Of a DNA stretch of 64,000 nt, positions 1-12,398 are shown one piece after another. Origin of the DNA: Schmidtea nova (taxonomy: Eukaryota); contig CM097883.1 in the NCBI GenBank assembly GCA_044892505.1, positions 358,298,001 through 358,362,000 of the forward strand. The letters are read 5' to 3'. The position numbers and the translations under genes are program-made. The notes under the pieces were generated by a model. It was not told the DNA's origin and did no database searches. It saw only the letters and a list, made by a program, of their open reading frames with translations. The stretch's first letter is position 1; every line of letters starts with the position of its first letter.

Positions 1-479
1 CGTCCAAATTAATCCTTCATTGCATTTTAATTATAATAATTATGATAATGGGATAAATTGTGTACATACTTGTGTAGGAATTTAGGTTGATTAATTGAAA
101 TTTTTTCGGATTTATTAAACAGACTTTTGTAGAATTATTTTTTGTTTATATCTACTTATGTTATGAGTAATGTGTATATAAATACTTGTTTAGGAATATA
201 GGTGGATTAAATTTATTTTCATATTTTTTTATCTAAACTTCCTCAAATAGGCATTTTCAAGGTCGCGGTATTTTTGTTGCGCGGTTTTAAACAGCGCTGT
301 TGTGCGCGCGCTGTTTTAACTGTATACCAATTTGATATTATTATATTCGCTTTAATATGGTCATTTGGTACCTCTTATTATTTTCTCTTTCTAAAAATAT
401 TGATTTACAGATTTTGTAATTCCTTAATAATATTAATTATCTCTTTTGTATATTTTTGTATAGCCTCAACAAATTAATA

Positions 480-1328
480 GATTTATTTAATTAAAGTCGA
501 TACTATTTATCTGACTCTTTGGTGTTCTTATGATTGATTCACAAAAATAACCGAACAGAGAAAATTTAATTTGAAATTACAGTTAACAAAAATATTTGAT
601 ACGATTTCTGACAACGACAAGCCTCTGTAAAAATTCACAATAACTTTGAATTGTTTTTCCGATTGAACGTGGGGATACGTCTCCCAATAGAAGATCTACC
701 CTTCTGCTACGCGTTGAAGAATAAATTTAAACTTTCCCTTTTTAACTCGATTAACTTTTCTCTTTAATTTGTTTAACTTTCCTTTATAATTCGTTTAACT
801 TTTCTTTTAATAATTCTTTGCTCACCCATTTTGTTCAACCACTCTGGCAACTTCTGGAATTTTCGTATCGTTTATATACTGCTTGTTTTAATGAGTTTTC
901 CCTAGCAAGCTGTCTAGTGGCGTCTCCAACTTGTCATTTCTTAATTACTTTAATTAAAATAAGACATTAATTATACATTCGTTAATTAACGTCCTCGGCT
1001 TTTCCTTTTGACATTAATTTTCGCAGGGCTAATTATCTCGTTCGAGTTTCCAAACTACTCGGGTTCCCCATTAGCTCGGGCTTCCCATTAGCCAATTAAT
1101 AAATTAATTCTTTTTAATTTTTTTTCTTTTGGGGACACCCCATAGATTTTATTTTACCATTTTGGATTCGTCTCACAATTTTTCATACACCCGTACCAAT
1201 TTCCCCCGCAAAAACTTTATTTTTTGAAATTTTCTAAATTTTTAATTAGATTCCATAATTTAATTATTACTTTTAAAATTTTCCATTTTATTGATTTTTA
1301 TTTTACTAATTTTTATTAAACCTCAACA
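480..1328 (-). repeat. Diverged long-LTR copy related to the LTR at 45725-46913
   Basis: Shares blocks with 45725-46913 (cccattagctcggg repeats, gtttatatact, ctgactc motif, gattcgtctc/tttcccccgc block). Minus-strand start TGTTGAGG at 1328; the far end is poorly defined. Confidence 0.5.
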
Positions 1329-1739
1329 TACCTCAACCTCGAATCTGTGATTATTTATATACTTATNNNNNNNNNNNNNNNNNNNNNNNNNNNNNNNNNN
1401 NNNNNNNNNNNNNNNNNNNNNNNNNNNNNNNNNNNNNNNNNNNNNNNNNNNNNNNNNNNNNNNNNNNNNNNNNNNNNNNNNNNNNNNNNNNNNNNNNNNN
1501 NNNNNNNNNNNNNNNNNNNNNNNNNNNNNNNNNNNNNNNNNNNNNNNNNNNNNNNNNNNNNNNNNNNNNNNNNNNNNNNNNNNNNNNNNNNNNNNNNNNN
1601 NNNNNNNNNNNNNNNNNNNNNNNNNNNNNNNNNNNNNNNNNNNNNNNNNNNNNNNNNNNNNNNNNNNNNNNNNNNNNNNNNNNNNNNNNNNNNNNNNNNN
1701 NNNNNNNNNNNNNNNNNNCACCTTTGGTCTTTTTTATAT

Positions 1740-2908
1740 TAATATCAATAATTCTCATAATGGTAAGACTATAGATCAAAATTTCTTTAAACAAGTACAC
1801 AATATTTCGGCACAACTTTTATCAAGTGTGTATTACAATCGTTATATTAACTTAATTCTAAATATTAACCTAAATTATTTATTTTATATTTTATAATGAT
1901 TTTATTGGATGAAAATAAATTTATTTTCATTTTCATTTTAAACATGATTTTTTGTGCGAATTAAATGTTGATGGACGATTTGTATTTTTTGATGTAAAAA
2001 GTCTAGGAAGCTAATCTTTGTAATGAATTTTTGAATCCCTCTTGTAAAATCTGGCATTTTGTTTCTTCAAAAAAGATGGAGTTGTTTTAAGTACTTTTTC
2101 CCAGTGTCCGAGATAATTACTGGTTTTGTTTTTATTGTGTTCATTAAGTCGGGTGCAAAAAGTTCTATGTGTTTCTCCTATGTAAGTAGCGTCACATTTT
2201 TGACAAGTTTATATACTATATTTTTGGAAAAGCAAAAGCATCTGGTTGTGGAACGGCAAAGACATTTATGTTTGGAGATGTTGGAAATTGGTAGCTTTCG
2301 GAGTTGTGATTTTAACGGCGCGGAGGTTATGAAAGTAGGACGGATGTGGATAGGCAAATCTGTTTGGTCAAAAATGTTGGTGATTTTATTGGCTGTAGTG
2401 TCATTTAAGAAAAGTAATCTTAGATATGTTGTGTGTTTGCTATTGTTATTGTGTTTCTGGCGTTTCTTTGTGGTATGGTTTGTTAAGGAAGTATTATTTT
2501 ACAAATTCTTCAGGGTATCCATTTTGAAGGAATCATATTTTGAAGTTTTCTAATGTTTCTTGTATTTTGTTTGCGCCTGAACAGTTTCTTATGGCTCTTT
2601 TTCTTTCTCCTATTAGTAATGCGATTTTGCGTTGAAGTAGAACGTGGCTTTTCCATGGGAGGATATAACCACTATGTAAACTTTTAGAATAAATCTCTGT
2701 GTTTGCATTTAGTGTATCTGGAACTTTTGTGAAACTTACCATGATATCTAAAAACGGTATTTTACCTTCTGCGTTCGGTGTTTCAAAAGTGTATTTGTGT
2801 TAGTAGGATTTGCATGTGATAGGATTTGATTGAGAGGGATTGTGGAGACTATGAAAATGTAGTCAATGTATCGTTTCCAGAAAAGTATTTTGTCCCCGAA
2901 ATAAGATT
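1740..2908 (-). mobile_element. 5'-truncated degenerate Penelope-like element (RT C-half, GIY-YIG, 3' repeat)
   Basis: Minus-strand fragments FGDKILFWKRYID and MVSFTKVPDTLNANTEIYSKSLHSG match ORF 10783-12267. A diverged 3' terminal repeat lies at 1740-1860. Confidence 0.88.
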
Positions 2909-5110
2909 TAACACATAAAAACAATAATGTATTTATTGCCATTTGTCGTTTTTAGTAATGAACCAACAATGTCCATTGCCATCATTTCCATCGGTGTCTC
3001 TGGTACAGATGTTGGTTTTTTTATCACTACTACTATTGAGGATGAGAATGGCGATGAGCTATCTCGTATTATTTTAAATTCCTGCATTGATTTAATTTTC
3101 CGATCACTTTCCTCTTGATGAATATATGGAATCCTATATGGTCTCAACTTTATAGGGGTTTTGTCCAGCAATGGTATCTCATGTTCAATTAACTGTGCGA
3201 GTCCCAAATCATATTCATGTTTAAAGAAAATGTTTCTATATCTTTTAGTGTAGTAAATGCTTGTCTTTGCATATTTGTCAAATCATTACTTGTAATTTAA
3301 GTTTCTTTATAAATTTTAATATTTCTGCGTAATATTTGCACTTCTTTTGTTTTAATTTTGTTTGTTTTCCCAGCTTTGTTTTGGGTTTCATCTGAAAAGA
3401 TTTTTTGCTACAATTTGGTAATCTTACTGATACGGTTTTATCTTTAACTTTCACTACTTCATCACACATTGGTATTTCGTACTTTTCTATTAATTTTTGG
3501 ATTGATTCAAATATACATTCATCTTCGGAAACATTCATCACATTGACATAGTATATTACTTCACTTTTGGTGGTATTTCCAACGTTTGATTAAAAAAAGA
3601 CTTGTCCCGCTTTGCGTATTACTTCACCCGTTAGCCCTTTTATTAATTTTCTCATTTTCAAATTAAGATTGATACCTTGTAAATTTTCCATGTCGTCCAT
3701 TCCAATCAAATATTTGACAGGGATTTTTCTCATTTCTGATACCTAATGAGTTACTACCTGATTTCCAATATTCAGTTTAACTTCTAATTTTCCAACTATA
3801 TTCAATACGTTATGCGTCATTGATTTAATAATTTTCTTTGTTGGCTTTTTTTGCTTTTTCCTGTCTTGTCAAGAAATTCTCCGATACTATACTGTAACTT
3901 GAACCTGAATTCAATAATGCTTCAACTTTTCGTTTATTATTGTATGTTTATTTGAGGTTGTTTTCCTCTCAACTCAATTGTCATTAATGCATAACTACAT
4001 GGAAAACCAAGCATAATCTTTCTTTCAATTTCTGCACTTAATGGTTCAATCTTTTCTAATTTGACTTTAATCTCATCAATTGTCTTCATTTCTCTCAACT
4101 TTTCACTTGGATAAACAGGAGCTGTTGACATATATGTCGCTGTGTATAATTTAGAAAGAGTATCGATTCCAGTTAGTTTTGGTATTGGTTCAAGCAAAAA
4201 TCTGGATTCGGCTTCTATTCTACTTTTTATTATGCCTCTTCAAAACGATTTCGGCTCTGATCTGCCACCATTGCTATCGTTTTTATGGTCATTTTTTATC
4301 CTCGTTATCGCATAGTGAACTCTTCACTTTATTGATCATTTTTCAATTGTGCTCTTATACTTGCCATTTCTTTGTATTGGTGATTTGTAATGAAGAATAT
4401 AGCCAAAATTGGAATACAACCAATAATCATTTTCCATAACCATCCGGAAATTGCGTATATATGCTATGAGCGGACAATACTTGTGATATTATTAACTTTT
4501 TTCTTACTGCAACTACATAAATGCAATTAAACTTGCTCAAGCTTGTCCTAAAAACATTAATCTTCCCCAAATCTTTTCCAATGTTTTATACGTAGCTCGT
4601 ATAAAATCGTAGGCTGTTAACAAATATTCGTAATTAACCTTTCCTTCTCGATTTGGCAATATCGTATCAATCATTTCCGAAATCACCCGTTCCTTCTTTG
4701 ATGGAAATAACAAATTTCTTTGGGTCGAATATAGACCCACCTGTGACATTTTATTAATTGATGTTAATTTACCAAATACTTTAAATTTGTTAATTGCAAT
4801 TTGTCTGGAATTCTAACTCCTCGGTAATCTGGTAAAGCTATCCATGAATCTTGTGCCAGACGATATAATGGATCTAATAATCAATTACTTGTAAACTTTT
4901 CGATTTGACTTGTTCTTCAAGCAATATTTGAGTTATCGGTACCACGAATCGTAATTTCCCGCCAACACTTACTGGCAATTCATTTGTACATTTTTCATTT
5001 CAGTAAAATCTTTTATCTTTTAACTATTGATTTTTCCAATTTTCTTTATTCTTCATTTTTGTATACCAAATAAATATTTTATTTTATATTTAACATAAAT
5101 TTTCGGCTCA
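2908..5110 (-). mobile_element. Internally deleted copy of the glycoprotein-bearing Gypsy-type element (glycoprotein C-half, protease, RT start fused to integrase core start)
   Basis: 4330-5000 and 3800-4230 are collinear homologues of 61754-62614 and 61311-61754. 2908-3207 reads Gypsy RT N-terminus (IEHEIPLLDKTPIKLRPYRIPY...SSSPFSSSIVVVIKK) directly into an integrase motif (PMEMMAMDIVGSLLKTTNGNKYIIV). The element is cut by the PLE at 2908. Confidence 0.8.
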
Positions 5111-5121
5111 ACCATTTCCAG

Positions 5122-5361
5122 TGTTTGTTTACAATTCATTACACTTGAGAAGTTAAGTATTAAAAAATTTTAGCACATTTCAAACACTTGAATAGTCATT
5201 GGTTTTCCACCCCCGGCTTCCCAGATATTTCCAAAATTTGTGGGTCAGAGGGGGTATATTGCAATAAGATCACGTCTATATACCTTACTCCAGAGATGTT
5301 TAAGCAGAAAATCGTCTACCTGTAATCTGTCAGTTGATGGCGAGAATAAAACTGGACAACA
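5122..5361 (-). repeat. Possible 5' LTR of the 2908-5110 element
   Basis: Minus strand starts TGTTG and ends CAAACA; a TGG-initiated PBS-like stretch (TGGTTGAGCCGAAA, 5114-5101) follows, then an ATG. No second copy in the window confirms it. Confidence 0.3.
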
Positions 5362-5387
5362 TAAAAATAATTAATAAATCTAAGAAA

Positions 5388-6862
5388 CTAGTTCGCTACC
5401 CGCCTCTTTGTGACTGATTAATACATTTGTTATAAGAATTTTAATGACTCCAGGTTACAAAAGAAAAAGAATATGTAAAGAAATTTGATTTGAATTATCA
5501 AAATATTTAACCACCACAATTGATTGCTACAATCTCAAAATTATACATTTAAAAACGTGCATGTAGGAACATACAATAAACTAATGAATTGAATTCATAA
5601 TATTTATTAATTAACAAATTGCTTGATGATCCTGTCGACGAAATATGCAATCCAGTTGTTGGTAGGACTGTCATTGAGTTTGACGGAATTCCAGATATGA
5701 ACAGTTTTGACATTGTTTCAGAAGCAGTGTTTGTAGATAGTGTTTTTACGTTGGAGTGAATTGACTTCGCTGTAGAACTAGTTGAAAAAGCATTTCGAAA
5801 AGCCAATTTTGATTCACTGGTGTATATAGTTGATGATGTTTGACGAAATAAGAATCCTGTTGAAGAAACTATTGTTTCTGGTTTCTTTTCGATCGAGAGA
5901 GAAATAAATGTTGAAGTTGTCATTTTTTGAATATCGAGAAAAAGATGTCGAAAAAAAGTGAATATTAAAACAATGCCATTTAAACTCTCATTCAATAATT
6001 ATTTAATAAGTTAATTAATTAAAAAAATGAAATTTATGAACTAAGGCACTACACTGCAGAAAATAACACATTCTAAAACTATATATAAATATAGCTCACT
6101 AGGTATATCAGTGACTTTGTAACACTGAATGAGTATCTACTGATGTAATATATCTACTGTACTAAAATTTATATTATCTACTGTACGTAATATATAAATT
6201 TTTAAATAAATAATTTTAAATCAATAACCAGTATGTTACCCGTCAAAATGGCGGAGTTTTTCAAAATAAATATATTTGAGTTGAAATAAAATAAATTTTA
6301 AAAGGTTACATATCAGGAAAATCAAATAATTTAACCCGTTAACGCCCAATTTAAAAATTAAATTAAATTAATTTTAAATAATGTCAAATTAAATAATTTT
6401 TTTCTCAAAATCTATTTTAAGAACTGAGATAAAAAAAATTATCCTTAGTTCAGTGTAGACTAAAGGACAAAATAATATTTTTTATATTGAATTTGAACAT
6501 TATTTAATTGCTTAAAAAATAAAATCCTGGCGTCTTATAAATAGGACGCTGGGCTACAACGGGTTAATACAAAAATTTCATTTATTTTAGTTCAACAATT
6601 CCTTAATTACAAAATGTTTCGTGTATCTTCTCGCAGTATGAAGTATCTCTTCTTGAAACAATGTATTTTTAATGAATACTCTAAGATTTTCATGATTTCT
6701 ACCTCGAGTTAAAGCAACATACAATTGTCCATGAGCGAAGACTGGCTCAGGAAGATATTAATCAACATAATCGAAAGTCTGTCCTTGACTTTTATTAATA
6801 GTCATTGCAAAAGCCAGCATAATCGGAAATTGGCGTCTCTTCATCTTAAATGGCAAATTTAA
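5388..6862 (-). mobile_element. Helitron remnant: PIF1-type helicase C-terminal fragment (6600-6862) and possible CTAG 3' end (5388)
   Basis: Minus translation [28 protein letters not shown]...LPEPVFAHGQLYVALTR is the canonical Helitron RepHel helicase C-terminus. The putative end reads GCGGGTAGCGAACTAG|T; the link between the two parts is less certain than the helicase call. Confidence 0.65.
6335..6563. mobile_element. piggyBac-type MITE
   Basis: TTAA on both sides (6331-6334, 6564-6567); imperfect 14-bp TIRs CCCGTTAACGCCCA / CCCGTTGTAGCCCA. Confidence 0.7.
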
Positions 6863-7859
6863 TTTTTAAAGTAGAAAGTATTATTATAAATCGTTGGATA
6901 GCTTTTGAAAAGACGCTTATAATACTTTTTGTTTGAGCTTTATTATTTAAAATGACAGATGTATAACAAAAAAAATGTCAAAAAACAATGTCATGTAAAA
7001 GAAATTCATCAAAATTTGGAATGAGATAAAACGTACTATAAACCGTTGAAAAACTTTTGAAAAGATCTTTAAAACACTTTGTTTGAGCTTTCTATCTTAA
7101 GAAATTAAAAATTTACGAGTTAGCTAAAACAGCGTTACACACAAACATACATTCATCGAAAATTATATATGTAGATTGTATGACCATAGATCAAGAGTTT
7201 TGATGTATAGTCGTAGTTATTAATTTGAAAATTATTGATTTAAAAAGAGATATAAACTGAAAACAAAGGATAATTATGATAATATATAATTGTTATAAAA
7301 ATAATGTAATGAAACCAATAAATAATTATGATAATATATAATTGTTATATAAATAATGTAATAGTTTAATAAAATTTAGTGAATTTAAATAAATTAAAAT
7401 TAAAAATCTAATCCAAGCCTGAATCTAAAAATGGTACTCAGATCGCTTGAGGATAAAAATTACTTTGTTCGCATACGTTGTGTCCGATATTAATATTATT
7501 ATTAGGAGTTATTGAATATAAAGAATTATACAATAAAAGAAGAAAAAATTGATTTTAAATATATTAGAAAATTATGTATTTTAATTGATATTTAAACAAA
7601 CGTTTGTCATTTTTGACGGGTTATTTCCAGTTATAATATTTATTTTTTAACGTTGTTTTAATTCACTGCGTTGCAAACAGGCAACCTTATATCATATATA
7701 GTATAATTTTATTGATTATGATAATGTCGTCTGTTAAGAAGGAAACAGAAAAATACAAAAATATAATTATATTATTTTTACAACTAAAGTAAATTACATA
7801 AGAATAGTCAAAAAATCATTTTGAACTTCCTGATGCTACAATATTTGAATTGACTTATT

Positions 7860-9330
7860 CTACATTGCATCTTGTATATAATTTGGTGAATAATTACTCA
7901 GACCATTTCTCAAGCAGGATTCCAAGTGTTCCTCTGTTAAATTAGTTCGGTATTTAGACTTTATTATTTCCATTTGTGAAAATGCTGATTTGCACAAATA
8001 TGTCAAACCAAAACAGGCGTATAAATTTTCAGCACATTTTTTAAGATTCGGATATTTATCTTCTGCTAAGTATTTCCAGAATTTATCTTCAGAAGATTGC
8101 TTTAATATAAATATCATTTTGTAAAGTAATAATTTCTTCTTCAAGTGTAATGTTTTCCATATCAAAAAAGTTGAGAGGTTTTCTGCAATTGATTCTGCTT
8201 TAATATTGCTATCAAATGGAAAACTCATAAATAAAACTACATTATCAAGTTTTTTTAAAATCTTCGAAAGGGCTGCCAAATTCTTCAATAACGTTCTTAA
8301 TTTCTTTGATATATTTATTTTCATCATAATTAGTAGAAGCAGAACTTTTTAATTGCGCCAACATGTTTGGAAAATTAGATAAATTTTTATTTTCTAGCTT
8401 TGATATAAGCGTATTTACTTTTTCTCTGAAAGCATTTACAGCAATGATCATATGAAAATCGTTTTATTAGGACCTTTTAGTTCTAAATTTAAATCATTTA
8501 ATTTAGCTGTTATATCGATTAAAAATGCCGAATCTAAAAACCAATCATCGTCATTTAATTGCTTGTAATCATCGCCTCTTTCGCAAAGAAATCGCTTAAT
8601 TTCATTGATTAGATCTCTAAATCTCAGGAGAAATTTTCCTCGACTTAACCACCTAACATCAGTATGCATGCGCAGTTCAGATGGTTCACCATCATTAGTT
8701 TCTTCCACCTGTAGTTTAAAAAGGCGCCTTTGGAGACTTTTTGCGCGAATTGAATTAGAAATTTTAAAAGCTATATTCATAATTTCTTGCATATTTAAAA
8801 CTTTAGCACACAGCACTAGCTGGTGTATTATACAATGATATTGTAAGAAATCGGGAAAATCTTCACCATTTCTACATAAAGCGATGAAACCACTTTGACA
8901 ACCTGTCATAGCTGGTGCTCCGTCCCTCGTAATTGAAACAATTTTATAGTGGCAATTTAGCAATTTTATAGAAGTTTTTAAAACTGGTAAATAAATCTTC
9001 ACCTCGAGTTTTTCTTTTTAATGGAATGATTGTAAGTATTTCTTCTTAAGTCGAAAAGTCTTTAAAAACCGTTCTAATGAAAATAATCATTTGAGATATG
9101 TCAACTGCATCAGTAGACTCGTCCAACTGAAGTGAAAAAGCTTGACAATTCGTAATGTCCTGCATTAATTGTTCTTTTAAATTTGAACTTATTTGGTCCA
9201 CTCGCTTTACAACTGTATTGCGCGATAACTGTAAATCGTTGATCACAGAAACTATTTCTGACTTATTTTTATAGTCACAAAATAAAGAGTCAGCAGCTTC
9301 TAAAATTGCATTTTTTTAAATAGCACCATC
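7860..9330 (-). pseudogene. hAT (SPIN/Buster/Charlie-like) transposase, frameshifted and 5'-truncated
   Basis: Motifs FSLQLDESTD, DGAPAMTG, HCIIHQ, VRWLSRG and TYLCKSAFSQM are spread over several frames. Confidence 0.9.
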
Positions 9331-9419
9331 ACTAAATGGTTTCAGTAGAGTAGGGGGAGCGCCCAAGAACAAGAACAGACCCCCCTCCCCCCTAAAAATT
9401 TTTTTTTACCCCCCCAAAA

Positions 9420-9561
9420 ATTTTTTTTTGTTTAAATGAAGTGATTTTTTTAAATTTTTAAATTTTGTTTAAATGAAGTGAATTTTTAATTTTGTTTAAA
9501 TGAAGTGAATTTTTTAATTTTAATTTTTTGTTTAAATGAAGTCAATTTAATTTATTATTTT
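9420..9561. repeat. AT-rich minisatellite (tttgtttaaatgaagtga-containing unit)
   Basis: About four copies of tgtttaaatgaagt with AT spacers, running into a masked block. Confidence 0.6.
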
Positions 9562-10782
9562 NNNNNNNNNNNNNNNNNNNNNNNNNNNNNNNNNNNNNNN
9601 NNNNNNNNNNNNNNNNNNNNNNNNNNNNNNNNNNNNNNNNNNNNNNNNNNNNNNNNNNNNNNNNNNNNNNNNNNNNNNNNNNNNNNNNNNNNNNNNNNNN
9701 NNNNNNNNNNNNNNNNNNNNNNNNNNNNNNNNNNNNNNNNNNNNNNTTAATTAATTAATATTTATTTTTAATTAATTTATATTTAATAATTTATATTTAT
9801 TTTTATTTAAATTAATTTATATTTTCGGTTCAGTTTGAATAATAATAATTATTAACTTAGAANNNNNNNNNNNNNNNNNNNNNNNNNNNNNNNNNNNNNN
9901 NNNNNNNNNNNNNNNNNNNNNNNNNNNNNNNNNNNNNNNNNNNNNNNNNNNNNNNNNNNNNNNNNNNNNNNNNNNNNNNNNNNNNNNNNNNNNNNNNNNN
10001 NNNNNNNNNNNNNNNNNNNNNNNNNNNNNNNNNNNNNNNNNNNNNNNNNNNNNNNNNNNNNNNNNNNNNNNNNNNNNNNNNNNNNNNNNNNNNNNNNNNN
10101 NNNNNNNNNNNNNNNNNNNNNNNNNNNNNNNNNNNNNNNNNNNNNNNNNNNNNNNNNNNNNNNNNNNNNNNNNNNNNNNNNNNNNNNNNNNNNNNNNNNN
10201 NNNNNNNNNNNNNNNNNNNNNNNNNNNNNNNNNNNNNNNNNNNNNNNNNNNNNNNNNNNNNNNNNNNNNNNNNNNNNNNNNNNNNNNNNNNNNNNNNNNN
10301 NNNNNNNNNNNNNNNNNNATCCACCAAATCTTCAAGTTTAGCTGAAAAGCACAATCATCTTCTGGATCCAAATCCTAGAACATATCCAAATATGCCTGTC
10401 TTTTCGACTGAACTTGAAGAAAAAATCAGCTGTTTAGAAACTAAAGTCAAAACTTTAGTCAGAGAACAAATTATCTTTCTTGAAAAACATTGCTCAGCAC
10501 AAAATTCTTTCACTTCAAACATAAAGAAAATTAAGAATTCCAAAGACTTCACAATTCTTCCATCAGATAAAACAAATCGACTAATTGCCCTTGACACAGA
10601 ACAATACAATACTCTATTTGAAGAACATCTCTCGAACTATGAACCGATAAACAAAATAATCTTACCTGCATCGACTCAGATTTTATACAATAAGAAACTG
10701 CCAACAAATCAATAAACAAATCAACCTTCAAATCAAAGATTTACTTTTAAAATGCAACTGCAGTGAGCCCTTACCTAGTAAT

Positions 10783-12267
10783 ATGACTATGTTACCTAAA
10801 GACCACAAAAGTCCTTTAAAAGGCAGACCTCTTGTATCCGCAGTTGACACTCCTTCCACAACACTTTCTAAAGTTCTTTCAGAAATCCTAAAAACACTTT
10901 TGCCTTTGGTTCCTTCTCATCTTAAAAACACAACTGAATTCGTCTCCGAAATTACAAATACGTCTCTTCCGCTAAATGCAGGACAACAGTACTTCTGGGG
11001 ATCTCTTGATGTTTCCAATCTTTACGGATCTATTCCTCTTCACGGAGAGAATAACATTTTCGATATCGCAGCTTCTTTCTTTGAAACTCATAAAGCCAAC
11101 ACTGACCTCGCAGACTTAACTAAACAAGACTTTATAGAACTTCTAAAATTAGCAATAAATTCAGATACTGTCATAATTAAAGAAAAACCATTCAAACAAA
11201 TTCATGGATTAGCCATGGGTAATAACCTTTCTCCCATCTTAGCCATCTTCTACATGAACTTTATAGAATCTAAGATCATATCTTTTTTTGGGGACAAAAT
11301 ACTTTTCTGGAAACGATACATCGACGACATCTTCATAGTCTCCACAATCCCTCTCAATCAAATCCTATCACACGCAAATTCTACTAACACCAACATACAA
11401 TTCACTTTTGAAACACCGAACACAGAAGGTAAAATACCGTTTTTAGATACCATGGTAAGTTTTACAAAAGGCCAAGATACACTAAATGCAAACACCGAGC
11501 TATATTCTAAAAGTTTACATAGCGGTCATATCCTCCCATGGAAAAGCCACGTTCCACTTCAACGCAAAATCGCATTACTAATAGTAGAAAGAAAAAGAGC
11601 CATAAGAAACTGTTCAGACGCAAACAAAATACAAGAAACATTAGAAAACTTCAAAATACGATTCCTCCAAAATGGATACCCTGAAGACTTTGTAAAGAAA
11701 CACTTCCTTAACGAACCATACCACAATAAACGCAACAATAGAAAACGCCAGAAACACAATAACAATAACAAACACACAACATATCTAAGATTACCTTTCC
11801 TAAATGACACTACAGCCAACAAAATCACCAACATTTTTAATCAAACAGATTTGCCTATCCACATCCGTCCAACGTTCATAACCTCCGCACCGTTAAAATC
11901 ACAACTCCGAAAGCCACCAATTTCCAACATCTCCAAACATAAATGTCTTTGCCGTTCCACAACCCGATGCTTTTGCTTTTCCAAAAATATAGTATATAAA
12001 CTTTCTTGCCAAAAATGTGACGCTACTTACATAGGAGAAACACATAGAACTTTTCGCACCCGACTTAATGAACACACTAAAATCAAAACCAGTAATTATT
12101 ATGAACACTGGGAGAAAGTACATAAAACAACTCCATCTATAGAAGAAACAAAATGCCAGATTCTACAAGAGGGATTCAAAAATTCATTACAAAGATTAGC
12201 TTCCGAGACTTTTTTCATAAAAAAATACAAACCGTCCATCAACATTCAATTCGCACAAAAAAATTAA
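10783..12267 (+). CDS. PLE reverse transcriptase + GIY-YIG endonuclease
   Basis: PKDHK..GRPLVS, SLDVSNLYGSIP, GLAMGNNLSPILA, RYIDD, IPFLD; Cys-rich linker; IVYKLSC..C..YIGET.R..R..EH; C-terminal ET..I....PSIN. Confidence 0.95.
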   Translation: MTMLPKDHKSPLKGRPLVSAVDTPSTTLSKVLSEILKTLLPLVPSHLKNTTEFVSEITNTSLPLNAGQQYFWGSLDVSNLYGSIPLHGENNIFDIAASFFETHKANTDLADLTKQDFIELLKLAINSDTVIIKEKPFKQIHGLAMGNNLSPILAIFYMNFIESKIISFFGDKILFWKRYIDDIFIVSTIPLNQILSHANSTNTNIQFTFETPNTEGKIPFLDTMVSFTKGQDTLNANTELYSKSLHSGHILPWKSHVPLQRKIALLIVERKRAIRNCSDANKIQETLENFKIRFLQNGYPEDFVKKHFLNEPYHNKRNNRKRQKHNNNNKHTTYLRLPFLNDTTANKITNIFNQTDLPIHIRPTFITSAPLKSQLRKPPISNISKHKCLCRSTTRCFCFSKNIVYKLSCQKCDATYIGETHRTFRTRLNEHTKIKTSNYYEHWEKVHKTTPSIEETKCQILQEGFKNSLQRLASETFFIKKYKPSINIQFAQKN

Positions 12268-12356
12268 AATAATTTTTTTCATCCAATAAAATCATTATAA
12301 AATATTAAAAAAATAATTAAGGCTACTATTTAGGATTAAGTAAATATAACGATAGA

Positions 12357-12398
12357 AATACACACTTGATAAAGGCTGTGCCGAAATATTGTGTTATT
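12357..12398 (+). ncRNA. Minimal type I hammerhead ribozyme motif (U3-A8 variant) in the PLE 3' repeat
   Basis: ACAC-TTGATAA-A-GGC tgt GCC-GAAA-TAT-T-GTGT: helix I ACAC/GTGT (extendable), helix II GGC/GCC, palindromic ATAT helix III. PLE-associated minimal hammerheads are established. Confidence 0.65.

Noticed and set aside
5101-5114. Assignment of the PBS-like TGGTTGAGCCGAAA to a specific tRNA
   Set aside because: It resembles a tRNA-Phe PBS only with a 3-nt insertion; this cannot be supported without the host tRNA set.
6225-7630. Imperfect inverted repeats (acccgtcaaaa) at ~6225-6256 and ~7605-7635 as TIRs of a larger element
   Set aside because: Only a short core matches, there is no TSD, and the interior is a mix of other elements.
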